From NCBI RefSeq assembly GCF_036321535.1, contig NC_087472.1, positions 101,124,001 to 101,188,000 on the forward strand: a DNA stretch of 64,000 nt. Reading direction: 5' to 3'. The notes below the pieces were generated by a model that was given only the letters and a program-made list of their open reading frames with translations, was not told the origin of the DNA and did not search any database. The stretch comes from Camelus dromedarius. Taxonomy: Eukaryota. Below, piece after piece: positions 1 to 63,260 of the stretch; the first letter of the stretch is position 1, and each line of letters opens with the position of its first letter. The translations under genes were made by a program, and so were the position numbers.

Positions 1-725
1 ACAGCTGTAAACCAATGACTGAATAAACAAACGGAGAAGAAACAAATCTGTGCAGAAGAATCCCAGATTATGCAGACACACCCTCAAGGAGGTGGGGTGC
101 TACTCCCCACCTCCTTAAGTGTGTGTTGTGCAGCGAGACTTCCTTCCCAAGAGGACGGTATGAAAAGGGGGGAAAAGAGGGAGCTTACAGTGGAGAGACC
201 TGACCACCACTCCTTCAGCCAGGCGATCAGGGTCACCATCAACAATAAGTCATCACACTGATGGTACATACCCTTGATATGCTGCGGTGAGAATGGCACC
301 TTACCTCTGTGGTTTTCCTCCCCAAACCCATGACTCCAGTTTCATCATGAGGAAAATCATCAGAAAAGTCCCAACTGGAGAACATTCTGCAAAATACCTG
401 ACCAGTCCTCCTCAAAACTGCCCAGGTCATCAAAAACAAGGAAAGTCTGAGAAACTGTCACAGCCCAGAGGAGCCCAAGGAGACATGATGACTAAACGTA
501 ATATGGTATCCTGGATGGGATCCTGGAACAGAAAAGGGTGACTAGCAAGGAAATGCGAATACGTGTGCTTTAGTGAATAATAATACACCAATACTGATTC
601 ATTAGTTGTGCAAGTGTACCATAATCTGAGATACTAACAATAGGGGAAAATGGGTATGGGTGCTCTCTCTACTATCTTAGCAACTTTTCTGTAAATTTAA
701 AACTGTCCTAAAATTCAGTTTATTA
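1..725 (+). mobile_element. Ancient L1 3' end (L1MC-like)
   Basis: Characteristic L1M 3'UTR text such as GAAAGTCTGAGAAACTGTCACAG and GGATGGGATCCTGGAACAGAAAA; subfamily from recall. Confidence 0.75.
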
Positions 726-3099
726 CAAACTTAACAATTCCCTGATATCATCCTGCATACACGCAGTATTCTGTTTAAAGTCCTGATCTCTCAAATCTGA
801 ATTGTGAAAATCTTCGCCACAAGTCCCAGTGAGATTTTGAAGGAGTGAATGCTCTTCCCTGAAAAGGAAAATATGGAAAGTTTCTTCTTGCTGCCAGAAC
901 TATTTGATACATGCATCCTGCTCCAGTAGTTATTTTTAGATCTTCTCCCTGAGGAGTACGGGGGTCTTGTTTTCACTTGTGTTCAATGTTTGTGAGTGAC
1001 CGAATGAGGTCAAGTCCCAGGAAGAATAAGGAGTTACAGCATATGCTTTACAGGGAAGTTATGTCTGTACGTGTAGATTGAGTTCTTCTTTTTCTTTTTT
1101 TCCTTTTAGTCCTTTAAAAATACTTTGATGTTGCTTACTTTTCCTAAACATGAGTATATATCTTGTTTCTACATGGAAAATGGACCTATAATGTATAACC
1201 AGCACATGAGTATCACCATTCAGAAGCGTTCATTAAGTGAGGCTTACTGGTGTCCAGTGCTGCATCTCGCTTCATTCATTTTTATACCAATGTATTTCAG
1301 ATGTTAGCGTGAATGCTGGTGAAACAATAGCACTGTTTCTGTTAGAAAAAGTGCAGGAACACAAGGAATGACTCTGGTCTGGAAAAGAGTGTCCGGCTAT
1401 AATCCCTTCCTGAAATGCTCAAGCCAGTCAGTGACATGTGAGCGTCCCCCCATCAGGGAACTAACTATGGGCGGGTGGGCAGCGGCGGCAGTCAGCACTG
1501 AGTTCCACTCCGGACACTGCCAAATGTGTATAGTTCCCTGATTACCTGCTGAATGGATACTCTCATGACAATAGTGTGAAGGATTTTTAAGCTTTATTAT
1601 TCTGTAATGTAATAACAAGTAAACTGCCTGACTGAGATGCGGTTTTGGTCACTACACTTAGATCGTTCAGCATAAACTTATGCTCTGCTGCAGTAACAAA
1701 CAAGCCCTGAGATCTCAGCGGCTTTGCTTTTCTCCCAGGCAGTCTGATTCGCCACAGCTACTGCTTCTTTTGTGTGACTCTGCCCATGTAACACATGGCC
1801 TCCGAGAATGTTCTGGTTGCTCAGAGGTGACGTGCGGCACTCCTACTCAGAGCCCACTGGGAAAACTAGTTACGTGGCCCTCCTTATGTGCAAGAGAGCT
1901 GGGTAGAGTGGTTTTCCCAAGAAGAGGAAGAAGAAAATGGAAGATCTGATGAACACCTAACATTGTTTCTACCCCAAGGCTTTAAACATTTTTTCAGGCT
2001 AAAATGATTGCAGACATGCTCCGGGGCTGGGCCAGGTGGGTGGCTTCACTGGGAGGAGCTGGCTGGGGGTGGCACCTAGGTGTGCCCAGGTGACTGGGAG
2101 GGGCTTCGTCTGGCTGCAGCCCACCTGTTGCCATGCAAGATTTTGAGTCTTAGGTGACAGTTCTTCTAATTTTTCAAAAGCCGATTTTAATGTGAAAGCT
2201 CCCAATTTTAAAATGTAGGCTTAAATATATGAAAACACAGGCCAAAACAAACAACATGCGCCTGCAGGTCTAATTGGACTAACATGCCACCAACGTTAAG
2301 ATCTTAGCTATCTGGCCTGGGGACTTGAGATCTTGAACTGCCGTTGATTTACCTGTGAGGTTGAGCTAACCCCACATTTCTAAGAAGAATCTGGCTGTGT
2401 GTGTGAGCATTCCCTCTGTCCACCCTGGTTCAGGTTCAAATCCTTCATCCTTCATCCTTGCCGAGCTCAGCTGACCGCTGGGGTGCTTGCAGCCACACTT
2501 ACAGGACAACGGATTCCCTGCCTTCCAGGTCATTGCCTGGCTCTGTAATCTTGAGGCATTTGGGAAACCACCAAGTGTTGAGAGAGATGGAAACCCGGGA
2601 TGGGTGTGTGTGGAGGGGGAGTCCTTATATACTTGGAGCAGGAAAGGCCCTGGGGTCAGCTTCGGATGGATCTCCAGGGCTGTGCTATGGGCAGCAACGA
2701 GAGGATTATACTTTGGGCCACGGGGTGCGGTGGGGTGGAGCAGAGCTGTGGCTGGAGTGTCACCATCAGACCCCCATTCTGGACGGATCATTCCGGCCGC
2801 TACTGGGGGCAGGGAGGAGAGCTGTCGGTAAACAGAAGCACTCATCCACGATGAGCAGGACACTTCCTGTAATCCCATCCACAGATTTCCCTTGGGGGCG
2901 ACTCCATTTATTTCATTCTACCTTTTTCTGAGCTCTTCTCAGAGAAGGAGGTGTCCCTCTGAGGTTGGCCCGAGTTGTTGGGTTCATCACAGCCAGCAAA
3001 CCATCCAGCACAACCGCCTTTCTCTTGAAAATGATGTTAGTGGGCACTTTCCAAGATTGCCCCAGGTCTGAGAAGCCCAGCTCTTTGCAGGGGTCTTAG

Positions 3100-3640
3100 A
3101 TTAGCGTTGGGGCCCGAGAAGAACACAGGAAGGTGCCCAGAAGCATTGACCGCTGGCGATCTGGATTCCAGGCTGCAGACCCTGGTGCACCATGCTTGGG
3201 AGCAGAAAGTTCTGGGCTGGGCAGGGAAGGCCGAGTGCGCCGCGGCCACATCCGGGTACAGATTCTCGGTTCTCAGTGATGGGGTGCAGAAGGGTTTCCC
3301 ACCCCCACCAGGCTCCCAGGAGCCACGCACCAGGGCCATGAAACCACATGGGGCTAGCGTCACTATCAGGAAGAAGGCCCGTGAGGAGAGGCCCCGAGTT
3401 CTGTGTCGTTGGAAGGCCGCCCTGGGGGTTGGGGTGAGTAGGGGTGCCGCCACCGCTCCCCGGAGCTGGCGTCTCAGGCCCAGACTCGGCCTGGGAGGCG
3501 GACAAGCTGTCGTCACACTTACCTTGCCCGACGTCGCCTCTTTGTAGGTCATACAGCAGTGGAGAGGGGTTGGCTTTTATTTACCCCGTGTCCTTCCTCC
3601 CTCGAGGGTCTTTCCTGTTCTCCGCCCCCATCGCAGCCTC
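3100..3640. promoter_or_regulatory. GC/CpG-rich segment upstream of BEND2
   Basis: Locally high GC with retained CpGs; no recognisable protein. Confidence 0.35.
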
Positions 3641-3669
3641 TTCTTCCCTTCCTCACCCCCTCTTCTCTG

Positions 3670-3670
<1 letters not shown>

Positions 3671-3707
<37 letters not shown>

Positions 3708-3761
3708 CTCTCATCCCCCCAACTCCCCACCCCCCACCCCCTACCCCCACCCCCACCCCCC
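3671..3761. repeat. (CA)17 microsatellite followed by a (CCCCA)n-like C-rich tract
   Basis: Read directly: CA repeat 3671-3704, C runs 3715-3761. Confidence 0.95.
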
Positions 3762-4086
3762 ATCGGCATCAAGGAGCCAGTGGAAGGGATCCAGTTTCAC
3801 AACCACTGGGACGCAGGCTGTGCTCTGTGCCTCCTTGGGCCTTTCCATCTTTACAAAGAGAACACAGATGGTCAGACTTGCTCCTGTGTTCTTAAGGCCT
3901 TGGATCCAACAGCCCCATTGTAACCCTTTGTGGGGCGGGGTGGGGAGAGGGCAGCAAGGACGCAGGGACACAAGTCTTTGTCAAGTGATGGGTTTCACCC
4001 CTAGGCTGTGCAGTTCCCAGTGCTTCACGCTGATTGGACCGCCAGCACTGCCTTGGTAAAATCCGTTACCAGGTTGCAGTAGTTTT

Positions 4087-5026
4087 CTTGGTGTTTTTGT
4101 TTTTTTGCTTGGATCAGTAATTTTAAAATTTGTTTATTTAAACTTGAATATAATCAATTATGTTTGTTTTTTTAAACAAAATTTTTATTAAAGTACAGTT
4201 GTACAATATTATGTAAGTTACAGGTGTGCAATATAGTGATTCACAATTTTTAAAGGTTATATTCCATTTATAGTTATTATAAAACATTGGTTATGTTCCC
4301 TGTGCAGTACAATATATCCCTGTAGCTTATTTTATGTGTAATAATTTGTACCTCTTCATTCCCTTGTAACCACTAGTTTGTTCTCTATTTCTATGAATCT
4401 GCTTCTTTTTTGTTATATTCACTAGCTTGTTGTATTTTTTAGATTCTACATACAAGTGATATCATGCAGTATTTGTCTTTCTCTGCCTGACTTATTTCAG
4501 TTAGCATAATACCCTTTAAGTCTATCCCATCCATGTTTTTGCAAAAGGCAAAATTTCATTCTTTTTTTCTGGCTGAGTAATACTGCAGTATATACATATA
4601 CCATATCTTCTTTATCCATCAACTGTTGATGGGCACTTAGGTTGCTTCTGAATCTTGGCTATTGTAAATAATGTTGTTATAAACTTTGGGTGCATGTATC
4701 TTTTCAAATTAGTGTCCTGGTGTTTGTTTGTTTTGGGGTTTTTTTTTTTGATACGTACCCAGGAGTGATATTGCTGGATCATATGGTAGTTCTATTTTTA
4801 GTTTTTGAGAAACCTCCCTACTATTTTCCACAGTGGCTGCACCAAGTTACATTCCCATGAACAGTGTACGAGGGTTCCCTTTTCTCTATATCCTCTCCAA
4901 CATTTGTTATTTATGTTCCTTTTGATGACAGCCATTCTGACAGGTGTGAGGTGATAGCTCATTGTGGTTTTGATTTGAATTTCCCTGATGATTAGCAATG
5001 TTGAATATCTTCTCATGTGCCTGTTA
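4087..5026 (-). mobile_element. 5'-truncated L1 with 14-bp TSD
   Basis: ORF2 C-terminal remnant ([23 protein letters not shown]...KCWRG...LVQPLWK); GTTGCAGTAGTTTT at 4073-4086 and 5027-5040. Confidence 0.9.
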
Positions 5027-6429
5027 GTTGCAGTAGTTTTGGTGGAGTTGAATAGAAACCATGGAGTGTATTGCACACTGTAGGGATCACTGCTGTTCTT
5101 TGAAATTGTTGTACAGTGGGCATTTAAAGTCACTTCACACCCTCTTGCTGCTCACTTAGCTGCCCTTGAACCAGGTTGTAACATGAATCTATCAGTGATG
5201 TGAGAATTAAATGCAAAGATCCTGTGACCGGCCACGCGTGGGGTGCAAAGCCATGCCCCTCAACCGGGTGCCGGTGAGGACCCCCTGGAACTCTTCAGTC
5301 CTGGTGTCTGGCTGCTCCTGACCAGGGATGTGGGAATCTCTAGCTCCTAGGCCTGGGCACAGGAGTTGTTACAGCTTCCCCGGTGATTCCAAGTGCAGCC
5401 AGGGGCGGGAACAGTGTATGAGGACAGAGACTAGTGCCCTGGCCACCCTCCCTTGGGGGCATTGGCTGGAGTCTCACCCCATGCTCTGCATCTCGCCCAC
5501 CCCTCCTCCTCCAGCTCCCTTGAGGACCGCGCTTTCCATCGTCCTCTCTGTTGCATCCCAAGAGCCCCGACAACCTTTCTCTGCTCTATTTTTCTCATCC
5601 CCACAAATGTTGGGTCATCACTTCAGCTCCATACAGTGTGCAGCAAGCCGTGTACCTCTGCTCATATCTCTGCTTGTAAGGGAAGCTGGAAAGGCCTGAG
5701 CCTGTTTTTATTGCTTCTTTCTTCTGCTGTCTTATCTTTCCTTTACCTGATTATGTTTCACTTCATGCTGAACATTCCATTTAAATATTGTTTGTGGAAA
5801 TAACTTGATGTTATCTTCACAGGAAAGAATTTTGGTTAGCTTATACCAGGCACCTGGGGATGCTAAATCCCTGGATGACATGAACTGAACTGAACAGTTC
5901 ATGTGGTTAGCTGTTGGTTACTTCTGGGTCATTTTTACTCTGAAATGATGACTGTGGTCTCTGTCTCTTTTCTTTGGTGGATCCCAGATTCTGATTTTTG
6001 TCCCTCAGTCCCACAAAGCCACCAGAAGTACTACTGGTCCTCTTTCATCCTTTTGTGAATCAGTAAATGCCCTAGAGCAAAAGCAGCCCTCTCAGCTTCT
6101 CACACCTCTCTCCGTTTCTGGTCTTTCTCCACTCTTAGCTCAGTGATTGCTCATTGGTGTGTAGATGGCACCACCAGCATCTCCTCCCACCTCTCCCAGT
6201 GCTGCCAGGTCTCCTGGGCACTTTGTTCTGCCCTACCCAGGTTGGTGCAGCTTAGACAGACCAGGAAAAGAAGAGCCAGCCTTAGGAGTGACCCACACTA
6301 AGAAAGCATTTCCACCTTCCATTCTGTGTCCCTGCACGGAGAAGAGGAGTCAAGTGAAAGTGTGAGAGCATTGACTAGAAATGAAAGTGAAGTGGTTGTT
6401 GAGCATCTGTTGGATGTTCATTTACATTC

Positions 6430-7313
6430 CAGGGACAGACATATACACTGGGTGAGTGGATCAGTCTGGGTGGAAGATGAAAAGTCACATAGTAATTTGA
6501 ACAGAGAAAGTTTAGTACAAAGAAATATTAAGTATAACAGAAGATTGGAGTAAAGAGGGATTGGCTAGTAAGAAATAAAGAAAATTCTAAAAGAATATAG
6601 GAATAACAGCTATAAGGAAGAGTTACTACCTCTAGGGCTGACAGTGAGCCCACGAGGGCACAAATAGGACTGAATGATACAAATAACTGTGGTGCTGCAC
6701 TGGTGGAACTTTCTGTGAACTGACATTCTGGAAATTGCCAGGGTAAAACTTGTTCCTTCTATAATCTCTCTCCAGCACCTCCTACTGAAAGAAGCTTAAA
6801 CTGTGCTACCGGCAGAGGGAAAAATAAAGGTTCCATATCCTTTTTCACAGAGCAGGCAGAAACAGCTGAAAACAAGTACCAGGGTCAGAGGTTCAGAAAA
6901 CAAACAAACAGACAAATAGAAGTGAAACCAGTGAATCACTGAGCAGCGATTATAAACATTTATTTTGCACACACCAAAAAGACTGTTTGCAAACCAGGAG
7001 CACTGAAACCAAAACATGGAATGAGGCTCCGAAGTATAATGTTAATAGAGTGGGGGGCAGTGACTGTTCTTCACAGTGATAGGTTATATTAGAATTTTCT
7101 TAAAGGGAATTGGTTAGTGGTCACTTCATATCAATTTGAGGGAATAATCTCAGTTTCCCCTATGACTTTTGGAGGCATAAGCAAGAAGTGACCCAGGTCA
7201 ATTAGCCTCACTTGCCTTGCAAAATAAGCTAAATTAAGCTTTGCTTGTGTGACTAAACTGGTTTTGTCTGCTCTGGGAATTTCCAAGTCTGGTCTCTGTG
7301 TTTGATTTTAACA
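6430..7313. mobile_element. Probable old LTR remnants (MaLR/ERV type)
   Basis: Resembles LTR sequence and ends in TTTTAACA (TG start on the minus strand); family not assigned. Confidence 0.35.
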
Positions 7314-8023
7314 CCAGCGTGGTGCATCCTTTCTATTACTCAGCTTCCCTGTGCACCCGCTTACCCGTATTTACACTCCTATACCACCGGGAAGCAACTC
7401 TACATTTGTACCTGAGAAAACAGATCCCACCCTTCACTTCAGATGAGAAGATGCACAGTGCCAAGAGTCACTGTATAACTAACTTGGTGAAATGGAACCA
7501 AAATTCCAGGCCCTGTGCTGGGGGCTTTATATTTGATAACATTTAATTCTTGGATCTTGTGAGGGAAATGGTATTTAATATATAAACAAGATGTGTTACT
7601 TCTATCCAGGAACTTAGAAGGAGAAAGGAATGTTCACAAAGGTTTCTAATATCAGGCAAAGTGACTTTAGCACTTAAGTGCTAAAAGGAGATAGAGGTAA
7701 CCCGCTGTGGAATCTTAGAGGAGCTACTCATTCCTTATCAGGGGTCTGTAGGAAAGTGTCCTGTGCAGGTATTATTAGAACAGATGTCTTACTGGAACAG
7801 GCTTCAAGGGATGTGAAACATTTCCAGAAACAATTGAGCAGGAGGTAGAATAACAGGGGATGTGAGCATGTGCTATGGGTAGGGGGCGGCAGGGGAGGGA
7901 GGTAATACGTATGTTGAAATCATAACTCTGTCACTAACCTTGTGGTAAGTTTGAGCAAAACTCTCTAAGCCTCAGTTTTCTCATCTTTAAAATGGGACAG
8001 TAATATGGACTTCTTACAGTATT

Positions 8024-8168
8024 TTTTTAAGTCTTTTTTTTTTCCCTTTGGTGGGGGCAGGTAATGAAGTTTACTTGTTTATTTTTGGAGGAGGTGCCAG
8101 GGATTGAACCCAGGACTTCGTGCATGCTAAGCATGTGCTCTACCGCCCGAGCTACACCCTACTCGAGT
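8024..8168 (-). mobile_element. tRNA-derived SINE (Vic-1-like) inserted in a MIR
   Basis: GGGATTGAACCCAGGAC...TGCTAAGCATGTGCTCTACC; near-perfect TSD TTCTTACRGTATT at 8011 and 8169. Confidence 0.85.
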
Positions 8169-8820
8169 TTCTTACGGTATTGAGGATCAGATACCATCAG
8201 ACATGTTAAGTGGCTGGCTTATGGTGAGCACTCGGTAAACCATAGCTCTTATTACTTAATATACGAATGAAGTGCGTGGCGGCAAGCAGAGAGCAGTGCA
8301 GCTGAAGGGCAGGTGGCACGGATGTAGTGGGTGTTGCATTATTAAGGGCACATTTTGAAAGCTGCCTTATTTCTGGATTTGTTCACAAAGCTGGTGTTGG
8401 ACCTGAGTACAAAACCTGGAAAACCTTAGACAAAGTTTGAACTCAAATCTCTTACATGCTACACTTTTTCTATACTGTGTTTTATGTGAAGAACATTTTG
8501 GGAAGGGTGGAATTACCCTGGTGGCTACCAGTTCAAATGTTTTTTGTATGTCTGAGGAAAAGTACACTTAAAAATATACACATATGGGTGGAAAGGGAGG
8601 GAGGCAAGGCACCACACTTGGCATTGCTCATGCCCTAGCCCCCTCCACACGGGCCCGCGCACGTGCCGTGCGCTACTGCGCAGCCGTAGAAACCTGGGAG
8701 GTTTGCGCGCCTCAGTTTAGCGCCTCAGTCGGCTGCAGTTGCGGGGTGTGCAGAGTCGCTCTCCAGTCGCAGCGCAGACGCCGAGCCTGAGGCACTCAGA
8801 GCTGGGTTCTCCGCCTCACA

Positions 8821-59287
<50,467 letters not shown>

Positions 59288-60104
59288 ACAGAGTCAGAGC
59301 CAAGAGATACTGACTTAGCTCACTGAAGTACCTGAATGTCAGCCATCTGGATTTTTCTTTTTACTTCTGTGTCTTTTGCATCATCATTTAAGTTTCTTGA
59401 GTTATAATTCCAAAATTAGCCTGTTGTAGTGGCTTTGTAGTTCTGCATTCACACCTAAAGAAATAGCCATTGTTCTTTGTCTGCCCACAAGGGAGGTGGA
59501 ATTGCATTAGGAAGATGTGTAATGTTTCATCCTATGAGCAAAGTGATGGGCAGTATTCTGATAAGAAGCTGTGAATAAGGGAATGGTAGTAAAAAGATAG
59601 TTTTCATTGCTGTTTTAATGAAGAATGAGAATAGCACATTTATCTCTTAATGACAGATGAAATCTGAGTGTCAGTGACACAGATATAGGCAGTGAGGTAG
59701 TGAGCCATTGTTGGATAGGCAAACCGTAATGCTGAGCGTAGGAACTTACAGGTAATAGACACTCAATATTGTCAAGTGAATTGTCACTACAGAGCTTAGG
59801 TTAAGCTATACTGATTCAGAAGGGTGTTATGGTTTACATATAACCAAAACATCCATGCTGCTTTCTTATATATCTATCAGTAGGGGATTCATATGATTGA
59901 CTTCATATTGTTTGACGTAAGCTTTCCAGAGATGAGACTTATGTTCTTTTGATTTACTCCTGATAAAAACAGAATTCTTTTAATTACTTCCTGATAATAT
60001 TTTATCACACAAGTTTACTAAGAGTCAACATAGAAAATTGTATCAGGAGACTTTGTTGAAGTTCCTTTAGTCTCAAACCGTTAGAAAAGACCAAAAGAAA
60101 GAAA

Positions 60105-60530
60105 AAACTTTCTCCACATTTTTGCGACATTAGTTACTTGTGTTCTTTTTGATGGCCATACTGACAGGTGTGAGATGGTGATTTGGATTTGCATTTCCCT
60201 GATATTAGGGATGTGGAGGAACTTTTCATATTCTTTTTGGCCATATACATTTCCACTTTTGTACAAATGTCTGTCAGTTCTTCCGCCCATATTTTAAATG
60301 GGTTGGTTGGTTGGTTGGTTACTTTTTAATTAAGTACAGCTGATTTAAAATGTATTTTCCAGCATACAGCATGGATGCAGTTGGAGGGCATTTTGTTGAG
60401 TTAAATAAGACAGACAGAGAAAGACATACCATAAGAAAGATATCCCTTACATGTGGAATCTAAAAAATACAACTAACCAGAGACTAACAGAAAAGAAACA
60501 ATCACAGATGTAGAGAAGGAACAGTGAGCT
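60105..60530. mobile_element. Rearranged L1 fragments in the predicted 3'UTR
   Basis: Antisense ORF2 piece (IREMQIQIT) ~60105-60300, (GGTT)5, then a sense-oriented L1 3' piece ~60365-60530. Confidence 0.65.
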
Positions 60531-61129
60531 AAGCAGAGATAGTTTAAGATGGTTTTATGTGATCAGTTGGTAGAATAGATACATATTTTCATAAGATACA
60601 TATTTTGAAGATTAAATCCAACTTTTAGAGTATTGTAGTGAAATACAGTATAGTTTTATAGAGATATAAGATTTAACTTTTAAGACTCTTCTCCAAATAA
60701 ATAATTTGCTTTAGTTGCCTTTAGCTTAATAAAACTACAGTATTTCTACGTATATCTATATATGTTTAGGCTCTGCCTACAATGGTCTTAAAAATAGATA
60801 ATTCAAGCTAAAAAATCTTCCAGATTTTTAACTTCAGAGTAATTCATCTAAGTTAGTCTTTGGCTTCACCATTCAGTTTCACAGATAATTTTACAAACTA
60901 CTAGTAACAGAGTTAATATGGCAAAGTAAAATTATATACTAGGCAAGATTAAGTTTCAAATTGTACATGCAGATTTCAAATTTGATTTGTATTTTGTGGT
61001 ATCTGACATATTCCCCGGATTAGAAGCAAAATTACAAAAACAAAAACTTCGTATTTGCAGAATTTTTTCAAGGTTTATATGGTTAACTTTATTATGGTGG
61101 TTGCTTATATAAGTTACTAGACCAGCTTT

Positions 61130-61335
61130 GTCTAACAGAACTTTCCATTATGTTGGTAGTATTCTATAATTTTATGTTGTCCAATATTGGTAGTGTCTAG
61201 CCACATGTTGCTTTTGAGCACTTGAGATGTGGCTAGTTACACGGAGGCACTAAAATTTAAATTGTATCTCGTTTTTAGCTAATTAAAATTTAAATTTAAA
61301 TTACCACACGTAGATAGCGGCTACTGTACTGGATA
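61130..61335. mobile_element. MER3/MER33-like DNA transposon
   Basis: TGTCTAACAGAACTTTC...CTAGCCACATG...TTGAGCACTTGAGATGTGGCTAG...TGGATAG. Confidence 0.65.
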
Positions 61336-61623
61336 GAATGTTTAGAATGCTTTATTTTCTTTAAAAAGTGTTTAAAATTGTCCCTACAGTTTGAGTCATA
61401 ATAATGTACACATAACTTCTTCAAAATCACACTGATTGAGCAAAATAAATTTCATAAAGGTGTTTCAGATCTTATTTGAACTAAATCCCACCTTTTCTAT
61501 CTTCAACGTTTCACAGGTTAATTCTATTACTGTATTAGTTCAATGTTAAACATTTTAAATGCCTGTTCATAAGACTTGTTTTTGATAAACAAATTTATCT
61601 TTAGTATATTGTTTTGTTTTCCA

Positions 61624-61642
61624 AATAAATACAATAAATAAA
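61624..61642 (+). terminator. Probable BEND2 polyadenylation signal cluster
   Basis: AATAAA at 61624, 61633 and 61637, then a G/T-rich tract near 61673; a more proximal AATAAA lies at 60728. Confidence 0.5.
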
Positions 61643-62369
61643 CATTTTCAAAATTCTTAATACAGATGCTTAGGGTTTTTTTTTTAATGTAGTTATTTTA
61701 TGGAACTTTTACTAATGTTATCTATAGTGTTTTTTTATTTAATGATAACATTTTCCAGCCAGTTTCATAAATGTGGCAGTTAGAATTTTTGCTTTCTTGC
61801 TTGATAAGCAAAACAGAATAGTCTCACCCAGTAACCATAATTTACCATTGTGGGTGTAATTGTAAGGGTGTTGAAAACTGGAAGTGTTTTGTCCTTCCTG
61901 GATAAAATATGTGTTACTAAAGCATATTATTTTATACTTTAATATTTTTAAATATATGGCAATATTTAATTTTGGCCAGCAAGACTTCGGTTTTCAACTA
62001 TGGTTTTCACTTTTCTTTATAGTTTATATCCACATCTGGTAAAGAAATATCTCTGCAGCATTCTACAACAGGGGCAATCTAACCACATTCACTCTTTTGT
62101 AGGAGTAAAGCGTTTGCCACTCCTTCCTTCACTCTTAACTTATTTTGACTCACAATATGTTAAATTTGCAATGAATTTTTTTTTTACCATGATGAAGAAT
62201 CTCATCCACTTTGAGACATAAAAATTGGTAATCTCAAATAATTAGTACAATTCATTTGGGAGATCGATGCGTGACAGGTACAAATCTCAGTACACCAAAA
62301 ACAAGTGGACAAGAAATACTACTTTTATTTTTCTATTTTGATTATACAGCTTCCAGAGGATCTGGCAAG

Positions 62370-63260
62370 CCCCTCTGGCCCAATACCCCCTCCCCCGGGA
62401 GTCACTGTGGGCGGGGCTACATTTTAGCTCCCTCGCCCAGGCGGGCTGGCAGGTCACTTCCGGCTTTGCAGGCGGGTGGGCCGGGGGCGACCCTCAGTCT
62501 CGGTTAGGAATGAATTCCCCTGCCTGGGCCGGAGCAGGGGAGCCCTGCACGCGGTACTGCCTTCTCTCTGGAAGCTACCAGCCTCGCCCATGCCCCCTCA
62601 GCTCCAGCGCTGCTGCCCGCGCAGCTTTCAGGGGTCCGCTCCTCTGAGGTGGGGCGAGAGGAGCTCTCGCCAGCTCCTTGCCTGGGTGGACAAAACAGGC
62701 TTCCGGGCCGACAGAAATCCTCGTTTGAAGACCCCTACGAGTTCCCTGGTCAGAGTGCTGCGGCTAAGCGAAGCGGCTGTGGGGACTACCACCACTCGGG
62801 CCCTGCAGGTAGGAACTCAGTCGGCCTAGGCCCCAGTGCTAGTTGTTGCAGCTCCTCGACCCGTTCTCAGTCAGATTCCCAGTGGGCAAGACTGCAGATT
62901 TCCCCGCTGTCCCTGTGGGGCGAGACCAGAGTCGGGGCTCCTACAAAGTGACCCATGATGTTGGGGTATCTGGCTGCCCCACCCCCACCCCGACCACCAC
63001 CACCTGAGGAACCCGAGGTTCGTGGGAATCTCCGTGTGGCGCTGCGCTGGCCTAGGGGAGGGGCAGTGCAGTGTGTGTAGCCACCTCTCTTTCCTTTCTG
63101 TACAGTCTGTCTTGGTCTCTGTGGTGCAGGAGTGCTTCAGCCTCACCCCTGCCGTCTAGGCTTCTCTCAGTGTTGTCTTACTCTAGTGAGGGTGCGCAAC
63201 GTCGGCGTGACCTATGATGCCATCTTGATGGCGTCAGTCAGTTTTTGAGCTTCCATACGC
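62370..63260. promoter_or_regulatory. CpG-rich island downstream of BEND2
   Basis: Abrupt GC/CpG rise; GC box 62409-62417, ETS-like CACTTCCGG 62455-62463, donor-like CAG|gtagga at 62809. Confidence 0.6.

Noticed and set aside
2366..4059. Overlapping 110-170 aa ORFs on both strands
   Set aside because: Expected in GC-rich DNA with few stops; one runs through the CA repeat; no recognisable domain or exon chain.
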